Assembly: GCA_047284725.1 (NCBI GenBank)
Contig: JBJBEO010000001.1
Coordinates: forward strand, 888,203-952,202
DNA from: Synechococcus sp.
GTDB taxonomy: Bacteria > Cyanobacteriota > Cyanobacteriia > PCC-6307 > Cyanobiaceae
Direction: 5' to 3'
DNA length: 64,000 nucleotides
Part shown: one piece after another, positions 34,201 through 47,800 of the stretch
How positions within the stretch are numbered: the stretch's first letter is position 1
How the letters are laid out: the number at the start of each line of letters is the position of its first letter
Translations under genes and position numbers: made by a program
The notes under the pieces: generated by a model
What the model was told of the DNA's origin: nothing
Seen by the model: the letters and a program-made list of their open reading frames with translations, nothing else
The model's database searches: none

Positions 34201-37200
34201 CATTGCCGAGGTGGGCGAGATCGTCGAAGAACAAACGGCCTTCGTACTCCTGCGTCGGGGAGTCCGTCACTCGCGTGACCAGCGGGTTGTCGTCATCAGT
34301 GCCTATTCCACTTAGGGCCTCGAGCTCAACCCGGCGGCCGCCGACGTAGGCGCTCAAGCCCACTGTTTCGATATCCTGCTGCGACACCACCCGGGTCAAA
34401 CCTGTCGGATTGGCGATCGGTCCAATGATTTCGACAGCGCCTGTTCCAGTGGAGTTGACGATGATCCGCCCTTCGTCGTAGCCGAGGAAGGCAATGTCGA
34501 TGGGACGATCGGCCTCGACCGAGTGCGTGTCGGTGACACCCTGCGTCTCGGTCTGCTTGTACTTGACGGTGATGGTCTTTTTCCCATACCAGCTCGTATT
34601 GGTCTTGCTCGACAGCACACCGTCGTCGTCGGTGCCGTATACGCCGTCGGGGCCGGCCGGGTACTGGATACCGAGCGTCACGACCTCTTCGACGTGGTCG
34701 TACTGCGAGGTGTTGTCAATGTCCTTGTAGTAGTAGCCCGCTTCGTCCTCGAGCGTCGGCTGGTTTTCGATCTCGGTGCGATCCCAAGGACCGTCGAAAT
34801 CTGTGCCAAGTGGGATGAACGCCCAGCTTGAATCGACTTGAGTGGCGGTGCGGATGATCTTCTGGGTCAAGCCGACCGTCCAGCCGAAACGCCAGCCCTC
34901 ATCAGGCTGGTAGTTGGACAGGTCCTCGCTTTCCACAGCGGAGGTGTCGAGATTGTCGAGGTTGTTGAGTGAGTCACCGGCATAGACCGTTGAACCCGAG
35001 TTGTTGCTCTCGGTCACCGTGAATCCTTCGGCAGTCTGCTGGTAGATCGTCACCAGCGGATCCTCTGAGGTGCCGCGGGCCTTATCTCTGATGATGATTG
35101 TGCCTGCACCACGTTGCGAAGCGTCCAGCTCGTGGATCTTTAAGTTGTAGTTGGTGGAGTTATTGACTTCGATGTAGCCGTAGCCACCAAGCGCTCGAAT
35201 CTTGCCATTGGCAGTATTCAGGATGTGTCCTGTGAGGTCGATGGAGCCGCCGCTGACCCTCAGGTCAAGCACCTCGATGGTGTTCGTCGAGGCGTCGTAG
35301 ATGAGGCCGAAGGACTCGCTGCGCAACGAGCTGTCTGGCAGAAAGAAACGACCCGTCTTCCCCCGCTCGAGCAGCGTGTTGATCTCGCTCTGCACGAACG
35401 AGTCGATGTTGAGAACGTAGTCTTCAACTCCGCTCTGGATGATGCCGTTGATGTTGAGGTATTCGGCATCGATAACGATCTTGTCCGCGTACAGGCCGAG
35501 GTAGCCACCGCCCGGTGCTTCCGCAGCTACCAGCTCAGCTTCGATCCGAGCGATATCGGATTCGAGCGTCGCCTCGAGGGAGGAGCCGGCAGCAGCGTCC
35601 ACAAGCGATGACTTCGCGGCCTCCAGCTCGGCGGTGAGCTCGGCAACCAACTCGCGCTGCGCGGCCGTCGATCCCGCCGGCTCGGTTGCGAACACGGTGT
35701 TCTGATTAGACGTGCTCGCCTCCGCGGTCCACGCCGCGGAACTGGAACCGTCGCCGATCGGGCCAGTCGTGGCGTCCGCCCATGCGGTGTAGGGTTTGCC
35801 TTGTGCCTCGAGCTGGGAAACGTCGGGGATAAATAAGGTCCCGCCGGCGACAACGCGGAGGTTACCGGCGATGACCTCGGCCTCGATGATGACGTCACCA
35901 TCACCGGCAGAGTTGGTTTCAAGAACCACGGTCGAAGTTGGAGCGATGATTCCGTCGCCGCTGATCGTCAGATCTGGCCACGGGTAGGTGACATTGACCT
36001 CTGCGGTCACCGGCGTCACCGTGATGGTGACGTTGTCACCGACGCCGAACGGATCGGAGAAGGTCACGCTGTCGCCAGCGACGTATCCGGTACCGAGGCC
36101 GGCGACGCTGAAGTCGATGTCACCGCTTGAGTCAACGAATACCTCGAGCGCGAGGCCTTCTCCAATGCCACTGGTTGAGGACTGTTCGATGCGCTGATGG
36201 AAGAAGCTCGTCCCCGGATCGGTGGGATCATCGGGATCGTCAGTGCCCCAGCCGACGCTGGTGGCCTCGCTGGCGCTGAGCGTCATGTTGACCACCTGGG
36301 TGAACGTTCCACCGGCGGCCGCTGGGTCTCGAACGTCAAGGAGGTTCTGGACTGTGATGGTCGGTGCGTCCTCGCTGCTATCGGGAATCTGCGAGAAGTC
36401 CGCCGTCACTGCATTCCAGTTGCCCTCGTTTTGGTTGAAGGCGTTGTCCTCGTCGACCAGCGTCTGGTTATCAGAGGTGATCTTGGCGTTGCTGGTGACC
36501 TCGTTGCCGTTGAAGAACAGGCCGCCGTTGACCTCAGGAATGGTGATGCCGAGGATGCGCAGGAACGCGGGGGTGTGGTTCTGGATCGTGACGTCCGCGT
36601 CACCCGGCGCTATCCACTCTCCGCTGCCGTATAGCTGATCGCCACGGATGTCGATCATGCCAGCCTCGGCATGCACGGGGTTGATCGTCACAGTCATGAC
36701 GAACTGCTCGTTGGCTACCTGAGCACCCGCGTTCGGGCCGTCGGGCACGGTTTCGAGCAGACCGAGCGCTTCGAGCTCCGCCGTGATGCGAGACACCTCA
36801 CTGGAGTAGAAGGTCACCAGCTCTTCGTTCTCCGGGTACGTGCTGAGCTGCGACTGCGCGAAATCGAGCTCTCGCAATAGACTGTTTTCGAGCTTCTCCT
36901 GATTTTGGGTGAAGCTGATATCGCCTTCATCGACCATGTCGTCGTCGGAATCACGGCTGATCACTGTGACAAGGCCAGTTGTGCGATCCCAGTCCTCCAG
37001 GATGAGTGTCTGCTTGCGCTTGATACCGGTCTCGACGGTGCCGTTATTGATGACTACGGCGTGCGCTTCCGCCAGGCTGTTGCCGACGTCGGCGAACTTG
37101 CTCGGTGCCGAGAACAGGTTTGCCGCCCAGCTGTGGCCCGCGTTAGTCGCCGCAACGTTGCTGAGGCCGACTTCTTCAGCGTGCAACCGCACTTCACGCG

Positions 37201-40200
37201 CTGACTGAAGATGTGCCCCGCTGGCGATGTTGATCTCGTTTTCTTGGAACAGGAATGCCTCTGCGTCGAGATCGTCCACCGGGATCGCCGCCGATGAGTA
37301 GCTGTCGACGCGCGACTCGATGTCATACCAGTCCTCGGAGAAGTCACCATCCTCCGCAACCGCGAAGCGGATGTCGCCGTCGGCGAGAATGTTTGCGCCG
37401 GAGCGAATGATGATCTCGTTCTCAGGGTTGATGTCGACGAGTGATTCCCCGATCACCACACCCACACCGCCGTTGGCTTCGGCACTGTTCTGGATCGATA
37501 TGTCGCCCTCGCCCCGCGCCGTCGCGAGGAACATTCCCGAGCTGTAGATATCGGCATCACCAATATCGATCCGCGCGATGTCGTTGAGTGTACGGATCGT
37601 GGAGCTGGTTTTGGCGCCGGCACCCAGGCCAGAGGCCTCGAAGGTGATCTTGTCGTATGCCGTTATTTTGTTTTTGGCCTTGAGGGTTAAGACCTGGTCG
37701 TTGGTGGGCAGGCCGACGATGTCGATATCGGCGTCGTCTTCAATCTTGACGATCGTGACCAGATCCAGGTCGGTGTCGCTGTCGGCACCCGCGCCGCTGA
37801 TCAGCGCCTTGGCCGAGCCGTCTAGGTTCGACGAGCCGCCGCTGAGAGCAGGCTTGTCGATTATGTTGTTAGCCTCCATTTCCAGTGCGAAGGCGACCAG
37901 ATCGGCACCATGGCCGATCTTCGCTGTGACGTCGGAGTCGATGTCGTGGTCGGAATCGCCTCCTGCGCCGGACAGGAAGCCCGCAGCGTTGGCCACAATT
38001 CGCGAGTTAAAGATCGCCTTGTGGTCAGCCTTGACCACGACCTGGCTGCCTTCAGTTGACGATAGGTCGACATCGGAATTGGCGCCGATCTCAGCGGTGA
38101 CCACTGCATTGTTCTCGGTTCGCGGACGCGCGGAGGCCCCCGACACCACGCCACCCGAGCCGGCGGTGGTGTCGGCAAAATTGTCGTCCTCGCCCGTCGC
38201 GGTGACAGAGAGTGCGCCGCCGTTCACGGTCACGTTGCTGCCGAGATAAGCGAGGGTGGTGGTGGTGGCGATCGCCTCTGACTGGGTGACACCGGCGGCG
38301 ATCAGGCCGAAGGCGTCGCTCGAGGAATCCGCTACCTGACGCGTCTTGTTGTTGGCGTTGACGGTGACATCGTCGACGTTGAGCGTTGTGCTGGCGACGA
38401 CGTAGCTATTCAGCGTCGAGGTGGTCTGCGCCAGGGTCAAGGTGGCATCGAAACCCAGCAGAAGGCCACCGGCGGAACCGACAGCAAATGCATTGGCGGT
38501 GTCATCACTGCCCGGCAACAGTGTCTTGGCCTGCACCGAAAGGCTGTCGGCAGTGATGGTCTTGCCGGAGCCGCCGACATACGCATCCACCGTGGCGGCG
38601 ACCTTCGAAGTCGCGCTCGACACACCCATCGACACACCGCTGCTGACGCTGAATCCCCGTGCCGTGGTTTCGGCTCTCGGTGTCGCCTTGGCTTCAACAG
38701 TGATGTCGTCGGCGTCGACGTCGGCGCCGCTGATGTACGCCTCGACGGTGGGGGTAACAGTCGCCACCCCGAGCGATCCTGATGCCGCTGCAGCGATGAG
38801 CCCGAACGCAGCCGAGGTGGCCTGCACCTCGGAAATGGCGGTCGTGGTGGCATGCGCATCGATGTCGAGATCGCCGGAGAGGCTCAGCACTCCGTTCAGC
38901 ACATAGGCACGGGTCTGGGTGAGCACAGTCCCAGTCGTGGAGGCGCCGCCACCGGAGAGGGAGGCACCGATGCTGACGCTGGCCGAGAGGGCCGCAGCTT
39001 GGGCTGTGGCGGTGATCGTTGCAGTTTCATCGGCGGCAATGGTCAGGCCATCCGGTGCGCCATCGATCTCGGCGTCTCGGACCGAGGCTTCCACGTCATT
39101 GGCGATGGAATTCCCGGCCAGGGAGACACCGATCGCAACGGATGCGCCGATCAGGCCAACGGAGCCCGCGATTGAGGCGGCTTCCGTGCTGGCCGTGATT
39201 GTGGAGAGATCATTGGCGGTCACACTCATGGCACGACCGATGTCGATATGGCCTCCGCGGGTCCCATTGACGACACTCTTGACGTTAATCGCCATCAGGT
39301 TGAGGACGTCGGCACCGGCTCCACTGGCCGCCCCCGCCACGGCCCCTCCCGCCAAGGCGGCTGAGAAGGCGGCGACATCGGCGATGATCGTCTCCACTGC
39401 GTCGGCATCGAGGATCAGATCGCGTGCCGCATCGATGCTGGAATTGATCACCCAGGTCTGCACCCCGGCCGGCTGCGGCACGCTCCCCGCCGTGTACCCG
39501 ATGAAGTTCTTAGCGACGGCACTGCCGATCGATACACCACCACCTACGCCACCAGCACCAACCGCGGCAGAGGCACCGACCACAAGTGCATTGATGGTCG
39601 AGGTGTCGTCTGCCGTGATGGCCACATCACGGACGCTCAGGAGGTCGCTGTTTTCAACGCCGGCGTGCGTCAGGCTCAGGATGACATTGGTGGAGTCGGC
39701 TCCTGCCCCACTGATCGCGATCCCCGCAAAGAGCCCCGCACCCACGGCTGCGCTTGCCGCCGCAGATCTTGCAGTGATCTGAGAGGTGCTGGAGGCGTCG
39801 ATCGTGATGTCCCCTGTGGTGGAGGCGGCAGCTGTTGTGGTGAGGCCGACGTCGGAGATATCCGCCGGGTCGCCATCCACGTTGAGCACAAGGCTTTCGA
39901 CCTCGTTCGCGATTTCGTTGTAGGCCGTTGCCACGCCGATGGAAATCGAAGCGCCAGCGCCGAGCCCGACAGCCCCAGCCAGCGATGCAGCGCCGACATC
40001 GGCATTGATTGTCGAGTTATCGGTGGCGCGCAGCGACACAGTGCCGGCCTCGATGCCATGGATGACACTTGAATTCGGCGAGTCGCCATCGATGGTGGAT
40101 GTGATCAGGGTGCGGATGCGGTTGGTTGCCGAGGCTCCGGCACCTGCAGCGCCAAGACTGCCACCTCCCACAGCAACAGCAACGGATCCCGCCAGAACGG

Positions 40201-43200
40201 TGGCATTGATGCTGGCACTGCTGTCAGCGGAGAGAGACAATTCACCCACGGCATCAATGCTGGAGTCGGTGATGGAGGTCAGCACCTCGGAGAGACCATC
40301 AGACCCATCGAGGTTGTAGCCGATGAGATTTTTGGCGATCGCTAGTCCGACGGATGCCCCGATACCCGCCGTGCCGACACCCACAGCAGCACTGGCCGAG
40401 GCGACAAGCGCACTGATTGATGCGGTGCTGGCGGCGTGAAGGGAAACATCACCGGCACTGATGAGAAGGCTGTCGTCGACCCGTGCCCTCGTTGTGGTGA
40501 GGATCACATTGCGTGCTTCCGTACCAGCTCCACTCAGGGAGATACCGGCAAGGCCTCCACCAGCCAGGGCCACGGACACCGCTGCTGTCCGGGCTTGGAT
40601 CGTTGCGTCTTCTGCAACAGCAAGGGAGATGTCTCCAGTCTCGGAAGTAACGCTGCTGATGTTGGAGATCGATGTCTCGACAGCATTGCTGATCTGATTT
40701 TCTGCGAGGGTGATCCCAACTGACAGGGCTCCAGCACCTGTTCCGCCAAATCCGGCTGCGATGGAGACAGCCGCTGCATCGGAGGTGATCGTGGACGTAT
40801 CCGTGGCGCTCAGGCCAATCGTGGCGGCAGTGATGGTGTCTACAGGATCAGCTCCTGAAGAATCATCATCGACGCCATTGATGGAGGCGTTGATGGTGGT
40901 GGCAATCTTGTTCTGAGTTGAAATGCCAGCACCACTGAGGCCGATACCGGCGGTTCCACCGGCAGCCAATGCTGCAGAACCGGCCAGTGAAAGTGCATCA
41001 ATTTTGCTGTCGGCTGTGGCATTCAGGTTCAGATCGCCGCTCGCTGTGAGCGAGGAGTTATTGATGTAGGCCTGCACCTCGGAGAGCGCTCCCTCTGCAT
41101 TGGTGCTGTTGCCGCTGCCATCCCAACCAATACGGTTGGTGACCACCGAGGCGCCGATCGAGGCCCCCACTCCGGCACTTCCTCCGGCGCCGAGCGCCAC
41201 AGAGACAGCGCCGACCTGGGCTGTGATGATTGACTGGTTGGAGGCGCTGATGTCGACACCGACGGCATTCCTGACGGTGCTGTCGTCGATGAACGCATTG
41301 GTGCGGGTGAGAATCGCATTGGTGGAAACGGCACCAGCGCCGCTGATGGCGACCCCGGCACTTCCACCGAATGAGGCACTGATCGATGCCGCTGCTGCGC
41401 GGGCGGTGATGCTGCCATCGGCCAACTCCCAGAGCCTGGTGTCTGAGTAATCCTCTGCGCCAAGATCTCGCAAGTATCCATTGAACAGAACCCATTCATT
41501 AGGATTTGCTGCAAAATCAATATTTCCGAGATAGATTTCCGCTTCATCGCCAATGTATCGGTAAATATTGCCATTAACCAGCTCAACCGTATTACCCTCG
41601 CGCAGGAGGAGAGCATCATCATTGCGCTCATCGGCCGTCGTTCCGTCAGCTCCGTCGCCGTCGAAGTCGGCATTAAGAACTCCATTATCATTCAAGCTGA
41701 AGTCAGCCACATAGCCCCGGAACCTGTACAGGCGATCACCTTGGCCCCCGTTGCCATGAGTCGCATCAGTTCTGACGGTGTCACCCACATTCAAGGTCTG
41801 CAGTCCGGCACCGCTTGTATACGTTGGAGCATCCGCACTGGACGGCATCGCATGGGCATCGATTCGGATGTCTCCCGCAGAGTTAACATTCGAGACATCT
41901 TTGATAAAGGCGTTGACGTCGTTGTTGACTTCGTTGATGGCCAACGTCAGGCCGATTGAAACGCCAACACCTGTCGAGCCGCCCAGCGATGCACCAACAC
42001 TTGCTGCAAGGGCGTCGGCGTTGATCGACGACATGTCCCGGGCCAGCAGGGAGACCACACCGCCATCGGTCATGATGCCGTTGACAGGTGATCCAGCAGG
42101 CCCATTGCCCTCGATGTAGGCCTGCACAGATGTGCCAATACGATTTTCGCTGTAGACGCCAGCCGCGCTAAGACTCACTCCCGTACTGGCCGCCAGGGCA
42201 ACCGCTGCTGAAATCGCCTGGACAGTCGCATCAATCGCTGCCAGTGAGATGGCTGAAAGGTCAATGCTGCCTTCAGCGTGGATGTCGGAGTCTTTGATGT
42301 AAGCGTGTGTCGTCAGAGGGGAGAGGGTTCGCGAGCCACCAAACGAGCTTGTATCGAGATCAAGCGACCCATCGAAACCGATGAAGTTTTCAGCCACCGA
42401 GATCCCAATTGATCCGGCTACTGAAGAACTGATCCCTCCTGCAGCAGCGATGGACTTGCTGTCGATCAATGCACCAATGATGGAGCGATTGTCGGCCTCA
42501 ATGATGACATTACCCTCATCGCTGACGAGAGTCCATTCAGTATCATCAAAGTTCTGAGTCGAGAGATCGACGATCCCTGGTGTTCCTCCGGTGAACTTGT
42601 AGACACCACCAGGGACGCCTCCCCCTTGGTGGTCGGAGTCAACCCGAACCCGATCGTTCAACGCGAGATCGACTTCACCATGGTTGCTGGTGTATTCATA
42701 ACCGACTGGTGATGAGGCTCTGGCATGAACATTGCTTCCAGTGATATGAGCCTCGGAACCGCCTTGGATGCTATTGATGGCTACAGCACCACCACCGCTG
42801 AAGCCCCTACCACCACTCACACCAACGACTACGGCAATGGATGAAGCTGAAGCGGTCGATTGAATCTCAGCCTCAGTATCAGCAGTGACGATGACACTTC
42901 CGGAAAGTGCGTCCACCGTGTTGACATTTCTGATGTAGGAGTCAAGGTCGTTGTGAATTTCGTTGCGAGCAATGGCAAGGCCCAATGACACGCCATTGGA
43001 TCCCGACAAGCTCGCTGATAACGCCATCGAGGAAACTGCCACCTCAGCATCGATGCCCGAATGATCATCAGCCTGCACGGCGATGTCACCGCCATGGGCA
43101 ATAAAGCTCATGGAGCTGGATGTCGTTTTATCCAAATACGCCTTAACGTCGGTGCTGACTTTGTTCAGCGCAAGCACCGCTCCCACTGAGATCGATGTGC

Positions 43201-44846
43201 TGCTGGCCAGCGTTGCTGAGGTGGATACCGCAGCACTTTGGATCATGGCGTCGATGCTCGCGTCAGACGTCGCCGTTACGTTGATCTTTCCGTCTGCATC
43301 GACGGTGGAATCGCGGATAAAGGCCCTGGTCTGCGCCGCGTCCTGATCAGCAAGTGGAGTGTCGAGGAAGATATCGGCGATGTTGAACAGGAAATTCTGG
43401 GGCTCAATACCAACGGTGTTGAAAGCCGCCGTCACACCTACCGAAACACTCGTACCACCGCCGAAGACGGTGGTCTCACTCGTGGTATTGGCATTGATGA
43501 TCGAGCTGTTGCTGGCAGAAACAGTGACATCGCCACCTCCAGTGGTGGTGATGTCACTGTCTGTGACGGAGGCATTGGCGTCGGAGAGGACAACGTTGGT
43601 CACAATCACCGCATTGACGGCCACTGTCGTGCCGCCAACGAATGCGCTACCCCCATCAGACTTGGCAACGCTGTCGTTCATCGCGTCAATTGTGGCGCGC
43701 TCCTTCGCTATGACCTGTACCGCTCCAAAGACATCCACATCAGCGTTCTGGATGTAGCTATCAACCGATCCGCGAACATCGTTCAAAACGATCAGGCCAC
43801 CGATCGCTACGGCATCTGAAGAACTCACATTGAGATTGAGCTGAGCAGGCACCCAACTCAGAAGGTCTGTGGCATCGACCTTTTCCCAATCTGATGAGCC
43901 CTCGAAATCAAAGTCGCTTAAGTTGAATGTCGCTGCCGCAGTTCCTTGGTAGGCATAGACATCTCCTGGGGTATGTCCTGAAATATCGAAGTCCGAGGCC
44001 AAATAGACAAGCTCGCCCTCTCTGACGGTCTGAACTCCCGACTTAGTGGTGTATTGATACTCATTGGTTGCAGCTCCGATGTAATCAGCCGCGATGCTCG
44101 CTCCACCGTCATTGGTGGTTGTTGACAGTGCCTTCAGCAGGTTATCGGCACTGATCGAAGCATTATCATCAGCGATGATCGTCAGAGCATTGCCGGCATC
44201 GATATCGTTGCTGGATCCTCCGATAGAGGCAACCGTCGAGCTATTGACCTTGTTGGTGGCAATGATTGCTCCGACGGCCATGCCGCTTGCTCCAAACAGA
44301 GCGGAAGCCGCTGAACTTGTTTCATTGCTGATGTTTGAAGTGATCGATGCCGTGGTCTGGGCAGAGACATCGATGCTGCCTTCTGCATTGACTGTTGCAT
44401 TCTTGATCAAGGCCTCTACTGACGCCGGTTTCTCATTGACAAGCGCCGGAGTTCCAATGATGGCATCGATGGTATTAAACAGAATGTTGGAGGGTCTCCA
44501 GCCGATCGAGTTGAACGCCAGGGTCACACCCACGGCGGTGTCGCCGCTGGTCGTCATGCTGAGGTTGGTGGCGTCAAGATCCGAAGAATTGACAGCTGAC
44601 ACTCCTACGTTGCCGAGGCCTCCACCGGTTGTATTGGCATCGATGGTGCTGTCCTCGAGAACCGCCTTTGCTGAGCTCAGAATTAGGTTCGTGGCAATCG
44701 TGCCATTGACCGCCAGGGAGGTGCCGGTGCCGTAGGCGCTGCCGCCGGAGGAACTGGCGGTGCTGTCAACGGTGGCTTGAATCGTCGCGGATTCATCGGC
44801 CGTGACATTCACATCCCCGTTCACCGTGTTAACCAATGAGCCCTTG

Positions 44847-47800
44847 AGGGACGCCTCGACATCGGCGCGCACATCGTTCAGGACGACGATGCCGCCGATG
44901 GCGATCGAATCCGACCCGCTGACGTTGAGACCCTGGGGGATCAGCTGGCTCTCGGGCACTTCCTTCCAGTACCCCAGGTCGCTGTAATTCAACCGACTCA
45001 GATCGCTCGAGCCGGCTAAGCCGCTGGCCGGGTCGATCCCGTCGGCCCCCATGAATTCATAGACAGAGCCGGCACTGCCGCTGATCTCGACCCAGTCGAG
45101 GCTGCTGCCGTAGTCCAGGGTCACCAGATCGACAACCGTCGGGGGATCCTGCTCCTCGCCCACGTACTGATACACGCTGCCGACGGTGCCGTCGCCTGTG
45201 GCCTCCTCGGTCACCTCCACGACCATTCCGTCGATCAGGCCCTGCTCATTCGTGCTCAGACCCAGCTGCGGTGTCGTGCTGTGGGTCGGCACCGCGTAAT
45301 CATCGGCCAGCCGCACCCGATCACCGAACTCCAGGGTCACGCTGGTGGCGTCGGAGGTGTGGTCCACCTCGAGGAGATCATTGATGCTTTCCTGCAGCAC
45401 CGACGCGCCACCGTCATTGGTGGTGGTCGATGAGGAGACGATCTTGGTGTTGGAGTAAACGCCGGCGCTGTCGCTGGCGGTGATTGCGACGCTGCCACCA
45501 GCCTCCACCGCGGTGCTGACGGCATCTCCGCCATCGCTGTCCTCCACGTAGGCCCGCGTGGCGGTGCTGACCTTGTTGCTCGCCAGAATCGCACTGGTGC
45601 TCATGCCCATCGCACCGAACAGGGCCGAGGCTTCTGAGATCGCGGCGTTGGAGACGGTCGCGTTCAGCCCGGCATCGTTCACCGCGCTCACCGTCAGGTC
45701 GCCGCTGAGCTTGAGGGTGGAATCCTCGATCGCGGCGATCACCGTGGCCGGATCCTCACGGCCGATCAAGCTGTCGCCCACCAACGCATCAATGGCGTTG
45801 AAGAGCACGTTCTGCGACTGCCAGCCGATCGTGTTGAAGGCCAGCGTGACCCCGACCGCCGTATCCCCCGAGCTGGTCGAGCCCAAGATGGTGGCATCGA
45901 TGGCGGAGGTGTTCTCGGCCGTCACCGCAACAGCGCCGCCGATGGCGGTTGTGCCGTCACCGATCTCGCTGTCGGTGATGGTGGCCTCGGTCGTGCTCTG
46001 CACCAGGTTGGTGGCGATCGTGCCGTTGACCGCCAGGGAGGTGCCGGTGCCGTAGGCACTGCCACCGGAGGAGGACACCTCACTGAGGATCGTGGCGGCG
46101 ATCTGCGCATTGGAGAGCGCCGCGACTGTCAGATCACCGCCCGCCGCAACATCGGCGTTATCGATGAAGACGTCGACACGGCTTCTGACATCGTTGCGCA
46201 CGACCACACCGCCGATGGCCACCGAATCGGAGCCCGTCACATTGCCGACATTGGGGATGTAGTCGGCGGTGCTTTCGGTCACCTTGACCCAATCGCCGGA
46301 GGTCTCGTAATCAATCGTGCCCAGATCAATCTGGGCGGCTTGTGCCCCCTCGTAGCGGTAGATCCCGCCCTCATCTCCACCGTTGCTGTAACCGGGACCC
46401 ACCCGCACCCTGGTGGATTCGGCCGCACCCTGCCGGCTCCAGAACGTTGTGTCGTTGTAGTTCTGGCTGGCCAGATCCAGCGTGTCGTCAACAAGGTCAC
46501 CGTCACCGAGGTATTCATAGACCGCACCTTCCTCGCCGCTGATCTCCTGCCACAGTGTTGCGTCGGTGAAATCCTGCGCGGTGAGGTCGAGGGTTCCGCC
46601 CTGTCCGACGTATCGGTAATAGCCGCTGCCGACGCGCACGATGGTGGTGTCCTTCACCACGGTGGCACTCTCGGCACCGCTGTCGGTGGTGGTGTAGTCG
46701 GGGGTGATGGCCTCGAAATAGCCGTAGTCGACCTTGACCCGATCGCCGAGTGCGACCACGGTGCTGCCCTCACCGGTGCTGTGGTCGTAGCTGGGCAGCC
46801 CGACGAGCACGGACCCCGATTCGGTGGTGAAGTCGTACTGCCTGTCCAGGTTGGCCAGCGCGTCTTGCAGCAGGCTCACGCCGCCGTCATTGGTGGTCAC
46901 CGACACCGAGGTGATGTCGCTGCTGGAGAGGACGCCGGCCTCGTCGCTGGCCGTGACCGTCACATGGCCGAGCGCACTGACATCGCCCTGGGCGCCGCTG
47001 AAGGCGATGAAGGCATCCGCCGCGCTGCTCACCAGGTTGCTGGCCAGCACCCCGGAGGTGCTCATCCCCGTCGCCCCGAAGAGCGCCGACGCTGCACTGT
47101 CGGCCTGATTGGTGATGGTTGCGTCCAGCTGCGCCGCATTGCGTGCCGTCACGCTGATGTCAGCGGCGGCGGTGAGCTGGCTGTCGCGGCTGTAGGCCGT
47201 GACCTGCGCCGGTGCCTCCTGGCCGAGCACCGAATCACCGAGCAGGGCATCGAGCGTGTTGAACAGCAGGTTCTGGGGCTGCCAGCCGATCGTGTTGAAG
47301 GCGAGCGTGACCCCGACCGCCGTATCCCCCGAGGTGGTGGCACTCAGCACCGACGCGTCGATGGCGGAGGTGTTCTCGGCCTCCACCGCGATGGTGCCCG
47401 CCTCGGTGGTGCCGCCCGCTGCGTCCTGGGCTTCCACCGTGCTGTCGGTGATCCGCGCGCTCGCCGCACTCAACACCGTGTTGGTGGCGATGAGGCCGTT
47501 GATCGCCAGGGAGGTGCCGGTGCCGTAGGCGCTGCCGCCGGAGGAGGAGGCGGCGCTCTCTGCCGTGGCGGTGATGGCGGCGATCTCGCTGGCCTCGACC
47601 GTGACATGGCCGTCCCTGGCCAGGACGGTGGCGTCGTTGATGTAGGCATCGACGGTGCCGCGCACGTCGTTGCGCACCACCAGGCCGCCGATGCCGATCG
47701 AATCCGAACCGCTGACGTTCAGGCCACTGGGGATGATGTTGGTCTGATCGAGCGGCTTCCAGAGCCCATAGTCGCTGTAATCCTGGGCGCCGAGATCACG

